Shown one piece after another: positions 36,381 through 49,865 of a DNA stretch of 64,000 nt. Under the pieces are notes generated by a model, which saw only the letters and a list, made by a program, of their open reading frames with translations, searched no databases and had not been told where the DNA came from. Origin of the DNA: Basidiobolus meristosporus CBS 931.73 (taxonomy: Eukaryota > Fungi > Basidiobolomycota); NCBI GenBank assembly GCA_002104905.1, contig MCFE01000080.1:1-64000 (forward strand), written 5' to 3'. Each line of letters opens with the position of its first letter. Positions within the stretch are counted from its first letter, which is position 1. Made by a program: the position numbers and the translations under genes.

Positions 36381-39300
36381 TGCAACAACTTCCAGTATGC
36401 CAATACTGAAATAGTTTACTGGGGGTTTGATATATCAATACCCTATGAAAAAATTATTGAGATAATCCCATCAAAAGGCCATAACAAAGTTAAAGTCCCG
36501 TGACTAAGTGGTACTGTCCAGAGACCATTGAAAATAATTGCACCTCAGATTTCCCAAAAAACTTAGTCAAAAATTTTCATCACAACAATGTATAAGTGGC
36601 CTTTGATTGGTTCCCAGCCAATTTGCTCACTTTCAGATGATAGACACTCTATTGCCTCCTACATTTGTGTGCATTGATTGGCTATTGCCTCTTTTTCACA
36701 CTCCTTACTTCCTGACTCAACCATTTCTCTTACTTTTCATGCGTACAAATTGATATATATCTGTTGAAACTTCAGTTGTACCTCAATTGCCAATTGTATT
36801 GACCTATACAAGCCCATATACCCTACACTATCATAAAGCCCAACCCCACACTCAACAAGTAACTCCATTAAAATCCACCACTCAATAAGTATTTCTGCAG
36901 TAATGCTCTGGTTCCACAACTTTGGCAGGAACCCAATGGCTTTATGTCACTGTTCATTCACTGGCTCCCACATGTCCTGGTCTTCAGCCAGCACTGCAAG
37001 GTCTAGCACCTCATCTGCCAGTCTTTGCAATAAATCCTTGCAATATTCCAGTGTGTTTTCTTGAGCACTGCTCTTGAAGAAGTGCTGCAAACTTTTGGTG
37101 TGCCTATTAATGTTCCAAAATCCCACTGAAGGCATTGCAATAGTCTTTCAAGCTCTTGATGTTGTAGCCTTGTCTGTCAGTGGGATCTCCACACTGTCAG
37201 CAATGGAGGATGAGGAGGCTGTGGTAGACAAATTGCCTTTTTTAGCAAACTCAACTATCTTGCTGGAATGTAGCTCAACTGGCTGCGCTTCTAACTCTTG
37301 TGAACACAGCTGTTTTCTTGTTGGTAATTCTTCTTGGCTATGATGGGATTCAGTCTGTTCCAGGCCTGCAGCGCTAATTAGCAAGAACTGCAGTTTTTTT
37401 GCATGCCTCCCTGACTCAGGCTTGGGTAGACATTTTTCCCTTTCACTTTTCTTTTATCACTGCCAGGTCTTTCACTGCTACTTTGTCTGAGTGCTTCTTG
37501 CAAAGAATTACATTTTCTCCTTGATAAATTCTGCTCTGACACACCTGTTTTGGCCTGCTTGTCCCTTGCTGGCACTCTTCTGGCAACCTGACATTTCTTT
37601 TCCGCTTGTTTTGAGCTCTTAACCATAGTTGTGATGGGCTCCTGTAAAAGTGGCTGGTTTTTTCACAGCCAGGTCCTTCACTGCTACTATGACTGAGTAC
37701 TTCTTGGGTAGTACTACGCTTTTTCCTTGATAAATGTTGTGCTGGTGCATCCATGTATGCCTACTTGTCCCTAATTGACACTCTTCCAGCTATCTGACAT
37801 CTCTTTGACGCTTGTCTCAAGCTTTTGGCCCTACTTGTAATGGGCTCTTGAGGAAGCCGCTGGTTGTTAGTCAGGGCACCCTTGTTCTTCTGCCTTTCAT
37901 AGTTTCTGCCATTCTTAAGATACTTTCTTAGCATACCAATGCTGGCCCAAAATCCAATTGCCTGCTTGAATCCAGGATAATGCTCATGGAACAAATCAAG
38001 TGCATTCTGCTTTGCCTTGAGTTCCTGATGGTCTCATGATATGCCAGCTTTAAGGTGGTGGCATGCTAGACTTCTGATGGCCTCTTGAATATTAGCCCAC
38101 TCTTCATTATTGCACTCTATGGCTTCATGGATCTTCAATGTCTTTTGATTTTTATGCTTTGGTATAAACACCACATTGTCTCCCTCCCACACTGTAGTAG
38201 GTTTTTCTGTGGGGTTTATCTTTGGGCACTGTTGTTGTGCCATAAAGACTGTATGGTGCTCCTCTGCAGTTATATTGGGAAGTAGCTCAATTCTTGGCTG
38301 TGACATTGAGCTTCTTGAGTTCCTTCTTTGCAGCAAAGATACTGCTTGCTCTACCTGAGATATTGATTGCTCTACATGTATTTTCCACCCATCCTGTTTC
38401 TGGACTATTTCCTGATTTCTCCAGGCCATTGCATCTATCTTATCAGCCACTGCACCTAATTGCTTCATTAATGCTTTGGTATGTGCTGACAACATACTTG
38501 CTAATGTAGGTGGTGGTGATGTTACAATGGCCACTTGCTGGTCTTCAACTGAGGGTACTGTGTTTGCTACATTCTTATCTGCCTGAGCATAATGGTCAGC
38601 TTGTGGCTCCACAGAGGTTCTCAATTGCCTACTTGACTAAGAGTCTAAGGAGTCCGCATTATTACCTTCAATGGACACACTATCCACAGGTCCTTTTTTG
38701 GATGTAGCCCCGCTTGTTGCACTGAATGTGAAAGCAAGCTGTTGTCCTACCATTCTTCTGTTGCCATCAGCAGTGGGGTTGGTTGCAAACCAGACAACTT
38801 TGCTTTATTTTTTGGCGGCACATATATGGAAATGAGTCAAAACAAAGGGGAAATAGTGTTACATATATGTGTGTATGTGGTGCCACAACTTTACTTATAA
38901 TGCTTACTTTGGTGGGTCATCATTGAATCCTACATTCATGTAGGTGCAATGACTCAAATACAAGACTGTATTAAGCTCACATAAGTATTGACCAAAAAGT
39001 GATATAATAGTGTTATGTTGATGAAGGTCATACTGTTTGCCCCATGAACAATACTGCTTTGACTCAGCACTGTAAGAGAAGAGAAAAAAGACCATGTGGC
39101 TATGGTGCAAGCCTCTCAGCCATGAAGCATGCAGACAGCATAGGAAGTATTACAAGGATCATGGCCAGTGTTTTGCCTCCCAAGTCATATTTGTCCATTC
39201 ATTGGTCACTACTGTACCAACATTATCTTGCCAGCCAGTTGACACTTCTACATTGGCACCTAGCTGTCTTTGTCACCTTGCGCAAACTGAGTCAGGTGAG

Positions 39301-40175
39301 TTTGTGATGCCTTTAGGCTCACCTCAGCCTTCTGAATATGGCACACAGAGTGATAGCTCTGGCAAAGAAGGTTCATTGATGGATTTTGAGCCTATCTCCC
39401 CTAACAACAGTACCACATAGGGGCTTGGTCAAATCCCTATATGCTATAAGACAACACCCATTGTACCAAATGCCAAGGATATATTATGGAGCCAAGTGAG
39501 CCCAGTAATCCATCTACTAGTCAATGATGTAATGTTGTGGCTAGAGAAGTGGCACATTTCCGCTAATATTAGTAATGGGGGCTTTGAGGATTTATTACTA
39601 CTTCTTGCCAAGATCATAATGGGATGCTACTTACTATATACATGGTACAAGTGGACAACTGTCATGTAGCTGGCAACATATGATCCAGAGACTGTCATGA
39701 CTCCAGCATGTGTTAACAGTTGTATGGCATTCACATCCCAAAACTCTACCACTGCACCATGTCTAAATTGTCAGGAATCTACCACCATTGAGGGAAAACA
39801 TTGTTCACACTCCAGATATACTCCAGTTATACCCCATCTGAGGAAGCTGATGCAGTCAAGCAAATATTGCAAAGCTATACAGTACCGCACTCAGTATCAA
39901 TCAAGTGCAATCATATCCAATATATTTGATGGCAAACAATACAAATAACTAAGAAGCAAGGGCTACTTTGAAGGTATGTATGACCATGCCTTTGCTTTAG
40001 CACTTAATGGATTCTCATTAAACAAGTACTCTACTAGCAAATCCTGCTGGCCACTGATTCTCATAAATCTGAATCTGCCACCCATCTTATGGTATCAGAG
40101 CAATAATCTGATGGTAGTCCCACTTGTATCTGGGCTTAAATCACCATCCAACCTGGACAGCTACCTGTATCCATT

Positions 40176-43128
40176 AGACTTGTTCCATTGTACCATTCCA
40201 GGGTGCGTGGCAAAATTTGCAGTCTGAAAGAACAGTTGGGTGCAATATTGTAGCTACCAGTAGGCAGGATTGCTCTTCAACAATTTTGCACCATGTGGGA
40301 CAATCTTGTACACTATGGCACAATCTGACATGATGAGGTTGGCACAAATGATTGCGCCAACTTGTAATGCTTGCATCAGGTACACAATTGGATACCGCTA
40401 TTATGGTAGGTAAGATCCAGTATTTGGGTATGTTTCTTTAATGTAAATGGAAATAAATGTATATCATACTACAAACTACACTAATATTTACAATTTTGGT
40501 TACCATCACTCCAATTGGATGGTATCTCAGTGGTTGATTGGTCCAAAAGTATCCCAAAGCTGTCAGCCCTGAATTTGCTCTTTGACCAATACACAAGCCA
40601 CCTGAATTGCAAAAAAAATACATTGTTTGGATCATAATAAATAATAGCAATTCAATGCAATTTCAGCATCTTCTCCTAGGTTTTTTTCTTACAGGAATGG
40701 CTCTGGTGGTGGAGGCACTTCATGTGGGCCATCATCAGTCAGTTCACCAGAAGAAACTTGCTGATGGTCAGGTGTAATGGCATGTGCAGACGCAACTTGA
40801 TGCGCTGGCATAGCCCTTAGCTGAGTTTGATGTGATGCCGCTGGTTGACGCAACTTGTCCGGCTCTAATGGACTTTTGTCTTTTTGAGCAGTTTGGCAAG
40901 TTCTGGTGGTTTTGCTCTAAAGCGCATGCATTGACCCTACATGCATTGACATGATGCTGAGCACTCTTGTGAAGGGTGTAAGTGTAGTTTGGACTGATGT
41001 GTGCTGGTGCGCTGAAGTTGCAAGTGATGGTAAGGAATCCATCAAGGTGTGCTGGCTCAATCTAGATACTGTTGCTTGCGGTCTGTATTCTTCCTCTTGG
41101 AGCTCACCTTGTGATTCCTCAAGGTATTCACTTACCCTCTGTCTGATACTTTGGAACTGTTGCCTGGATGAGTCCTGTGATATTGCTCTTGGAAGCCACA
41201 TAGCTCTACTAATATATCACATAATACATTAGTCATTTGAGGCAAAAACTCATTCAAAATCTCTTTGGTTCCCAAAGTCAAGGCACAAACAGATGCATCC
41301 AACCCATACTGAGCAAACTGTGTGCAAATTGTTCCTGTGCAGCTTCCTCATCAAATCCCCTCACTCTCAGCTCATTCTTGATTTCAATACTTGTCTTGTT
41401 CTATATCTTTTTACATACATCTGCTGGCATCTTGATGTAGAACTCACGCCATAGCTTTCTACTCAGGTTCCTCCATCTCTGTTGACTCTCCAAGGTATCT
41501 AGTTCTGCTAGCTTAATGAGTAGTGCCCAGATATCTGTATGAAGGCTCATAATAGATACCTGGGTCATACTGAAATCATCTGGCAAGAACTCAAACAGAT
41601 CCAACATCAACTTTCCCGGTCCAAACCGTGCTTGTGAGCTGAGAGATGGGTTTTGTCTGGGTTGTACTAAATATGAGTTGAGACTTGGTATAGGGACCAT
41701 AATGATGGATTTGGATACTTATACAGTAGTGCATTGGCATCAACCTGGTCTTATATGAAATATACATGAAAACTAATGTGATTGCTGAATTTTCCATTTA
41801 TTATGCATGATGCATCTTGGATTGCATTGACATGGATCAGACCACATCAATCACAGATTTCCTATTTGATTATAGACTTGTGAGTAAAACATCAATAAAA
41901 ATACCAAGTGATTGTTTGAGGATGATTTTTGCAACATAATGATGGGATACATGGCAATTAATGGAGATTTAATCATAATGCTTAGAAAATCAGATAAATC
42001 AAATTGATTGTGCCAAATTTATTCAAGTCACCTCAGCCCAATCATCTACCAATTTTAATATGCTTACTCATCTGAATGGTCTTTTCTCATCAATCCCATC
42101 ACTACCACTGTATTTCCTTTTGACACACTAGAGGAGAACTATACCAAGTACTGTGGACCATCTTCCCCAATTTACTCAAGGAGATCCCTTGTTGAGCTTC
42201 TCTGCTATTACAAAAACTATTGCCCTAGAAGGTTTCATCCCACTATCCATGGCAACAAAAGTCCTAGAAGCTTTCATTCCCAGCTGACAGCAATGGAGAA
42301 CCACCTTGCAGAGGGTATGAATGACTTAGAGCAAGTTTGGAGTACTAGGTTCAGAGACTCCAATACACTTCCATATCTCAGAGTGTTCAGCAACAGATTC
42401 CATATAAGGAGTATTTTGGATACCTTCCCAGTCAGGATTAACAGACCTTCTAGAGGACAGAGGCACTTTTATTCTGGCAAGTACAAGGCACACTGTGTGA
42501 AGTTTCAAGCACTGTCTCACATTTAGGATAATATCATCTGGTTTAGTGGGCCATTTGCTGGAAGTAGGCATGACAGAGCACTCTGGGTAGAGAATCATCC
42601 AGAATTCAGTAGAGGTGAGATATGTATGGGAGACTTAGCTTATATAGGAGAGGATTGTTAGAGATTAGGATGTATTACAGCTTATTGGAAGCCAAGGAAT
42701 GGTGTGCCTAGCAAGAAGCAGAAGCTCTATAGTGAGATATTTAATAATTTCAGAGTGAGGGTAGAGCATACACTTGGATATCTAAAGAGATTCAGCATAT
42801 TGGCAGGTAAATACAGAGGAAAGTCATATATAGGAGAAAAGAGCAGAATAGGTAAAATAGTTAAGATACTTATCAATGCACAGTACATACATACAAGAAG
42901 CCATCCACTGAGAGAAATGTGTCTGGAGCATCATGAGGAGTAAATAAAGCAAGGAAAGCACTACTCTGAGCAACATAAATAAGATTGAGTAAAATTACCA
43001 GTAACTATATTTTATACCACTAGGATTATGGTGGAAATTATAACTCCAGATGGTGCCATAGAGTGCCAGATTAATCTGGCACCTGAAATAGGTTGGCACT
43101 ATGCGGCACTATCCAACAGAACAAGTCT
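40176..43128 (+). mobile_element. PHIS (PIF/Harbinger/ISL2EU-type) DNA transposon, 2953 bp, ATT target-site duplication
   Basis: TIRs are AGACTTGTTCCATTG and the reverse complement of CAACAGAACAAGTCT. ATT flanks both sides (40173-75, 43129-31). The empty site TATCC-ATT-GCTGG is present in copy B (about 47080-47092). Confidence 0.9.
42062..42943 (+). pseudogene. DDE_Tnp_4-like transposase of the PHIS element, with in-frame stops
   Basis: ILDTFPVRINRP..Q..FYSGKYKAHCVKFQ, WFSGPFAGSRHD, MGDLAYIG and FRVRVEHTLGYLKRFSIL give the D-D-E triad context. The start is uncertain. Confidence 0.85.
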
Positions 43129-43679
43129 ATTGCTGGATGAATTTTGTATGCTTTCCAGCAGGATAACAGTAAATGGCCATCATGTAAAAGCGCATATTAT
43201 TATCTGTATTGGAGATACCCCAGCCATCTGCAAGATAGCAGGCTTTTCCAGGCACACTGGATGGTATTGTTGTCAAATGTGTGAGATCCAGGGTATTTAC
43301 TCAATAACACACACACTTTATTATTACCCAAACACCAGCACTAAGAACATCCCTTATCAAAGATTATTGAGATAATCCCATCAAAAGGCCACCACAAAGT
43401 TAGTCCCATGACTATGAGATACTGATCCCATCAGGACACTGTCCAGAGACCATTGAAAATAATTGCACCCCAGATTTCACAAAAAACTTAGTCAAAAGTT
43501 TTCATCACAACAATGTTTAAGTGGATCTTGACTGGTTCCTTGCCAATTTGCTCACTTTCTGATCCCAGACACTCTATTGCCTCCTACATTTTTGTGCATT
43601 GATTGGCTATTGCCTCTTTTTTGCACTCCTTATTTCCTGACTTAACCATTTCTCCTACTTTCCATGCATACAAATTGAT

Positions 43680-45733
43680 TTATTTCCGTTGAAACTTCAG
43701 TTGAACCTCAATGGCCAATTAAATCCACCTATGCAAGTCCTTATACCCTGCACTATCAAAAAGCCGAACCCCACACTCAACAAGTAACTCTATTACAATC
43801 TACCACTCAATAAGTATTTCTGCTGTAACAAATGGTTCCACAACTTTGGCGGGAACCCAACAGCTTTATGCCACTGTTCATTCATTGGTTCCCACACATC
43901 CTGGTCTTCAGCTGGTACTGCAAGGTCTAGCACCTCATATGCCAGTCTTTGCAAAAAATCCTTATAATATTCCAGTGCATTTTCTTGAGCACTGCTGTTG
44001 AGGAGGTGCTGCAACCTCTTGGTGTGCCTATTAATGTTCCAAAATTCCACTGAAGGCATTGTGGTAGTCTTTTGAGCTCTTGATGTTGCAGCCTTGTCTG
44101 TCAGTGGGATCTCCACACTGTTAACATTGGAGGATGTTGAGGCTGTGGTAGACAAATAGCCTTTCTCTGCAAACTCATCTACCTTGCTAGAGTGTAGCTC
44201 AACTAGCAGCACTTTCAATTCTTGTGAAAGCAGCTGTTTTCTTGTTGGTAATTCTTCTTGGCAATGATGGGGTTCAGTCTGCTCTAGGCCTGTGGCATTA
44301 ATTGGCAAGAGCTGCAGATTCTTTTTGCATGCCCCCTGTCTCAGGCTTGGGTAGACATTTTTCCCTTTACCTTTTCCTTTATGACTGCCAGGTCTTTCAC
44401 TGCTACTTTGTCTGAGTGCCTCTTGTAATGAACTACATTTTCTCCTTGATATATTCTACTCTGACACATATGTTTTGGCTTGCTTGTCCCTTGCTAGCAC
44501 TCTTCTGGCAACCCAATGTTTCTTTTCCACTTGTTCTGAGCTCTCAACCGTAGTTGTGACAGGCACCTGTAACAGCACTGTCAGGTCCATCACTGCTACT
44601 TTGACTGGGTGCTTCTTGAGTGGTAATAAACTTTTTCCTTGATAAATGTTGTGCTAGTGCATCTGTGTCTGCCTGCTTGTCCCTAGTTGGCACTCCTCCA
44701 GCTTCCTGATGTCTCTTTGATGCTTGTCTCAAGCTTTTGGCCATACTTGAAATGGGCTCTTGAGGAAGCTGCTGGTTTTTAGTCATGGCATCCTTGTTCT
44801 TCTGCCTTTGATAGTTTCTGCTATTCTTAAGATACTTTCTTAGCATACCAATGCTGGCCTAATATCCATTTGCCTCTTTGAATCCAGGATAATGCTCATA
44901 GAACAAGTCAAGTGCACTCTGCTTGGCCTTGAGTTCCTGATGGTCCCATGGTATGCAGGCCTTGAGGTGATGGCATGCTAGACTACTGACAGCCTCTTGA
45001 ATATTAGCCCAATTTTTTTATTGCACCCAATAACTTCATAGATCTTCAATGTCTTTTGATTTTTAGACTTTGGTATAAACACCACATTGTCTCCCTCCCA
45101 CTCCATGATAGGTTTTTCTGTGGGCTTTATCTTGAGGTACTGTTGTTGCGATTCAAAGACTGTATGGTGTTCCTCTGCTGTTAAATTGGGAAATGGCTCA
45201 ATTCTTGGCTGTGGCATTGAGCTACTTGAGTTCCTTCTTTGCAGCAAAGATACTGCTTTCTCTACCTGGGATGTTGATTGCTCTACATGTATTTTCTACT
45301 CATCCTATTTCTGGACTATTTCCTAATTTCTCCAGGCCATTGCATCTATCCTATCAGCCACTGCACCTAGCTGCTTCATTAATGCTTTAGTATGAGCTGA
45401 CAACATACTTGCTAATGTAGGTGGTGGTGATGTTACAATGGCCACTTGCTGGTCTTCAACTGAGGGTACTGTGTTTGCTACATTCTTATCTGCCTGAGCA
45501 TAACAGTCAGCTTGTGGCCCCACAGAGGTTCTCAATTGCCTACTTGACTGAGAGCCTGAGGAGTCTGCATTATCACCTTCAATGGGCACACTATCCACAG
45601 GTCCTTTTTTGGATATAGCCCTGCTTGTTGCCCTGATTGTCAAAGCAAGCTGTTGTCCAACCATTCTTCTGTTGCTGTCAGCAGTGGGGTTTGGTTGAGA
45701 AGCAGACAGCTTTGCTTTATTTTTTGGTGGCAT
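43680..45733 (-). pseudogene. Accessory (TnpA-position) gene of the CACTA-like family, copy B
   Basis: Homologous degenerate ORF in copies A, B, C and D: PPKNKAKLS, a coiled-coil-like segment, W..I...IR.L..HL..PWDHQE..F.EHYPGF..W..MLRKYLKN, an internal duplication, and C-terminal FWNINRHTKRLQ..WHKAVGF.PKLWNQS. Confidence 0.75.
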
Positions 45734-46079
45734 ATATTTGGAAGTGGTCAAACCAAAGGGGAAATAGTGTTATATATATGTATGTATGTGGTGTCACAAC
45801 ATCATTTATAATGCTTACTATGGTGGGTCATCATTGAATCTTACATTCATGTAGGTGCAATGTCTCAGATACAATACTGTCTTGAGTACGCATGAGTTTT
45901 GACCAAGAAGTGATATAATGGCATTATGTTGTTGAAGGTCAAACTGTTTGCCCCATAGACAAGACTACTTTGATTCAGCACTGTGAGAGAAGAGAAAAGC
46001 AACCATGTGGCTATTATGGCAAGCCTCTCAGCCATGAAGCACATAGAGAGCATAGGATGTATTACAAGGATCATGGCCA

Positions 46080-48752
46080 GTGTTTTGCCACCCAATTCAT
46101 ATTTGTCCATTCATTGGTCACTACCATCCAACATTATCTTGCCAGCCAGTTGATACTTCTGTATTGGCACCTAGCTGTCTTTGTCACCTTGCACAAACTG
46201 AGCCAGGTGAGGTTGTGATGCCTTTAGGCTCCCCTCAGCCATCTGAATATGGCATGCAGAGTGATAGCTCTGGCAAAGAAGGTTCACTGATGGACTTTGA
46301 GCCTATATCCCCTAACAACAGTACCAAGCATGAGACCAGTCAAATCTCAATATTCAATCAGACAACACCTCTTGAAACAAATGCCAAGGATACTTTATGG
46401 AGCCAAGTGAGCCTAGTAATCCATCTACTGGTGAATGATGTAATATTGTGGCTAGAGAAGTTGTGCATTTCCAATAATATCAGTAATGGGGGCTTTGAGG
46501 ATTTATTACTACTTCTTGCCAAGATCCTAACAGGATGCAACTTACCATATACATGGTACAAGTGGACAACCTTCATGCAGCTGGCAACATACAATCCACA
46601 GACTGTCCAGATTCCACCATGTGTTAACAGCTGCATGGCATTCACATCCAGAAATTCTACCATTGTGATATGTCCAAATTGTCAGGAATCCACCACATTT
46701 GAGGGAAAACATTGTTCACACTCTGGATATATTCTGGTCATACCCCATCTGAGGAAGCTGATGCATTCAAACAAATATTGCAAAGCTATATAGTACTGCA
46801 CTTAGTATCAATCAAGCGCAAACATATCCAATATGTTTGATGGCAACCATTATAAACAGCTAAGAAGCAAGGGCTACTTTGAAGGTATGTATGACCATGT
46901 CTTTGCTTTAGCACCTAATGGATCCTCATTAAACAAGTACTCTGCCAGCAAATCCTGCTGGCTACTGATTATCATCAATTTCAATCTGCCACCCATCTTG
47001 CAGTATCTGGGCAATAATCTGATGGTAGTCTCACTGGTATCTGGGCCTAAATCACTGTCCAACCTGGATAGCTACCTGTATCCATTGCTGGCCGAGTTTT
47101 GTATGCTTTCCAGCAGGATAGCAGTAAATGACCATCATGTAAAAGAGCACATTATTATCTGCATTAGAGATACTCCAGCCATCAGCAAGATAGCAAGTTT
47201 TTCCAGGCACAATGGATGGTATTGCTGTCAAGTGTGTGAGATCCCAGGGATTTACTCCATAACTGACACACATCATTATTACCTAAACATCAGCACTAAG
47301 AACATCATCTTTCCACAGAGAGAACATACAGAAGTCAGTATGCAATTGCAGCAAAGCTGGCCAGCTGTAAGCCATTGGCCAGAATATGGAATCAATCAGA
47401 AGCTGGAGATACTTAGGATAGAGGTTGTATGTTGTAGCAAAACCTTTCCACCGGGAGCAATGCATTTACTTTTCAACAATATCCCCACACTGATGACCAA
47501 GTTGTACATGTGGCATTTCAAGCCAAATAAGCCCTTTAAGATACCGCAGAAATTTGAAAAAATTGGCAAGATATTACAGTGTGTCTGCTACCCTAAGTAC
47601 TTTTCATGGGCTCCAATTAATATTCATATGCACATGCAACAATCAAATGAAAAGACTGGATGAACTGGATATGTATTTATTCAAGTGGCATTTGGAAGCC
47701 ATTCCTACCAAAAGTACATTGGAAGCATTAGGAGGTATACATGGACATTGTAGGAATATTTATCCAGAAGTGGATCACCAATGCCAACCAGACGCATCTA
47801 CAGCTGTTGTGTGAGGAGTTTGTGACAGGATTTGAGTGGCTATACTACAAACATAAAGCTGAATGCTTAGATCTCTGCCACTACTGTATTCATTCTCTAC
47901 TCCATCTTACATGGTGTGTGGAGAACATTGGGCCTTGCTTCACCTTTTGGGAGTTTCCTATGGGGTGGATGTGTGGGGATATAGGAAGTCAAGTCAAGTT
48001 GCAGGTACTACTATATTCCAATCTCATTGAGAATATTACCTTCACGTCTGTCATGGATGTGATGAGTTTGCACATGAAGGACAGCCAGGAAGAGTTGGAA
48101 ATTACTGAGGACAAATGTGCACATAGAGACACCTATGCCTATGGCATTAAGAAGCTAAGCAGCCCCAATGCATGGGTAATCAGTTAAGTAATACAAAATT
48201 GCGTTGGGTGCAACAAGCAACTAAGTTTTATTAGGAAAACTCTACCTAGGTATGTTGGATCTCTCATGGTCACAAGCCAACTTCTACGCCATTCAATACA
48301 GAATTCATACAAACAAAAGCCAGAGTGCACCTATAAGGGGGGCTAGAATCCAGCAGGGAGAAAGAATATATTGGCTAAATACCAAGAAGTTCCTTGCGGA
48401 TATTCAGGAGGTATTTATGGCAGAAGTGGCCACAACCAAGCATAAGTTTGCAAGATGTATATGTTACCAGCAGTACAAGGTATATGGTAACCTTGCAAGT
48501 AGCACACTAAAAAGCTGTAAAGTCAAGGTGATAGAAGTATGCCAATTGCAGCAGGTGTGCGCATTTGCAGAGGTTAGTAAGCAGGAGGCCATAATACTTT
48601 TGATTCAAACTATATGTGGAATACCCAAGGTTGTAGTGGGTAAGCAAATAAAGAGGGGTGATTCTACAGTGGAATATATGAATTGCACAAGGGGAGGTAG
48701 AAAAAGGAAATACCACTTGGTAAACTGGTACAGTAGCATTATACAGAACTAG
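46080..48752 (+). pseudogene. Transposase (family Tnp2/Transposase_21-like) of copy B, broken by stops and frameshifts
   Basis: Fragments read CVNSCMAF..CPNC, MFDG..YK.L, SCWLLIIINFNLPP..GPKS..NLDSYLYPL, DTPAISKIA.F..HNG.YCC..CEI.G, MHLLFNN, F..LYY..CHYCIHSLLHL..GP..FWEFPMGWMCG. Confidence 0.85.
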
Positions 48753-48920
48753 CTGTAGGCTGTCATACAGCCAATATTATGCCATCAGAGTCTTGCTGTG
48801 AGGCTGTTGCAATACCATCAAGTTTCTTGCCATACAAGGCAATTGGATGTCCTGGCCAATTGGATCCACTTAGAACAGTTACAATATGCTAAAAGACCAC
48901 AACAATACCATGCAAATATT

Positions 48921-49865
48921 AGACTTGTTCCATTGGATGGTGCCACATTGAGCCATGATTGCCAAATGATGCCATAGTGTGCCAGGGAGGCCAAGTGCAC
49001 CTAAACTTGGCCACAGAGTGTGAAACACAGCTCTGCATCTTCATGTAAAGCAGCCCCTGAGTTTCACCTATTATGCTGGAGAAAATCTATTTTTTGACCT
49101 TTTTTTTAGATCAATGTTATGCAGGATGTGTGAGAGCAGAGAAGGACTGAAGATATGCATCTGGTACTCAATACCCATGGCACTCTGAATCTGGCTCCTG
49201 TGGCTTGTAACATGTCTCAAAAATGAATGACACTATCTAGGTCCACCAGTACAATCTGGCACTATAAGTGTTTATATAGGTCTTACTTTAGGGCTAATTA
49301 TCAAATATAGTGCCAGATGATACCAGTGGACTAAGATAGTGCCATTCATTCTTGAGGCATGTTACAAGCCACAGGAGCTAGATTGAGAGTGTCATGGATA
49401 TTAGATTTTTTCCATTGTGCCATTGATCATAGTGCCAGAAAGTGCTGAATATTTTGATATTAAATTGATATTTTAGGGTCATATGCATGTCAATTTTGAT
49501 TCCTAATTGGCACTGTATGGCACCATCTGGCACTCTGTGGCAGGATCAGGCACCATCTGGCATGCTATGGCTCTATTGGGCACTATGATCAGCTGGAATG
49601 AAGGAACAAGTCTATAGAGTACCAGATGCATATCTTCAGTCCTTCTGTGCTCTTACACATCCTGCACAACATTGATAAAATAAAAAAGGTCAAAAAATGG
49701 ATATTCTCCAACACAATGGTGAAACACATGGGCTGCTTTGCATGAAGATGCAGAGCTATGCTTTGCACTGTGTGGCCAAGTATAGGGTCACCTAGCATCC
49801 CTGGCACACAATGGCATCATCTGGCAATTGTGGCTCAATGTGGTACTATTCAACAGGATAAATCT
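48921..49865. mobile_element. Foldback MITE of the PHIS family with ATT TSD, containing a nested 211-bp mini-element
   Basis: Termini AGACTTGTTCCATTGG and CAACAGGATAAATCT. ATT at 48918-20 and 49866-68. The empty site is visible in copy A at about 52697-52715. Confidence 0.9.
49403..49613. mobile_element. 211-bp mini-MITE nested in the foldback MITE
   Basis: Termini AGATTTTTTCCATTG and GGAACAAGTCT, flanked by ATT/ATA. The sister MITE has uninterrupted GGGC-ATT-GAGTACC at about 54452-54465. Confidence 0.8.
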
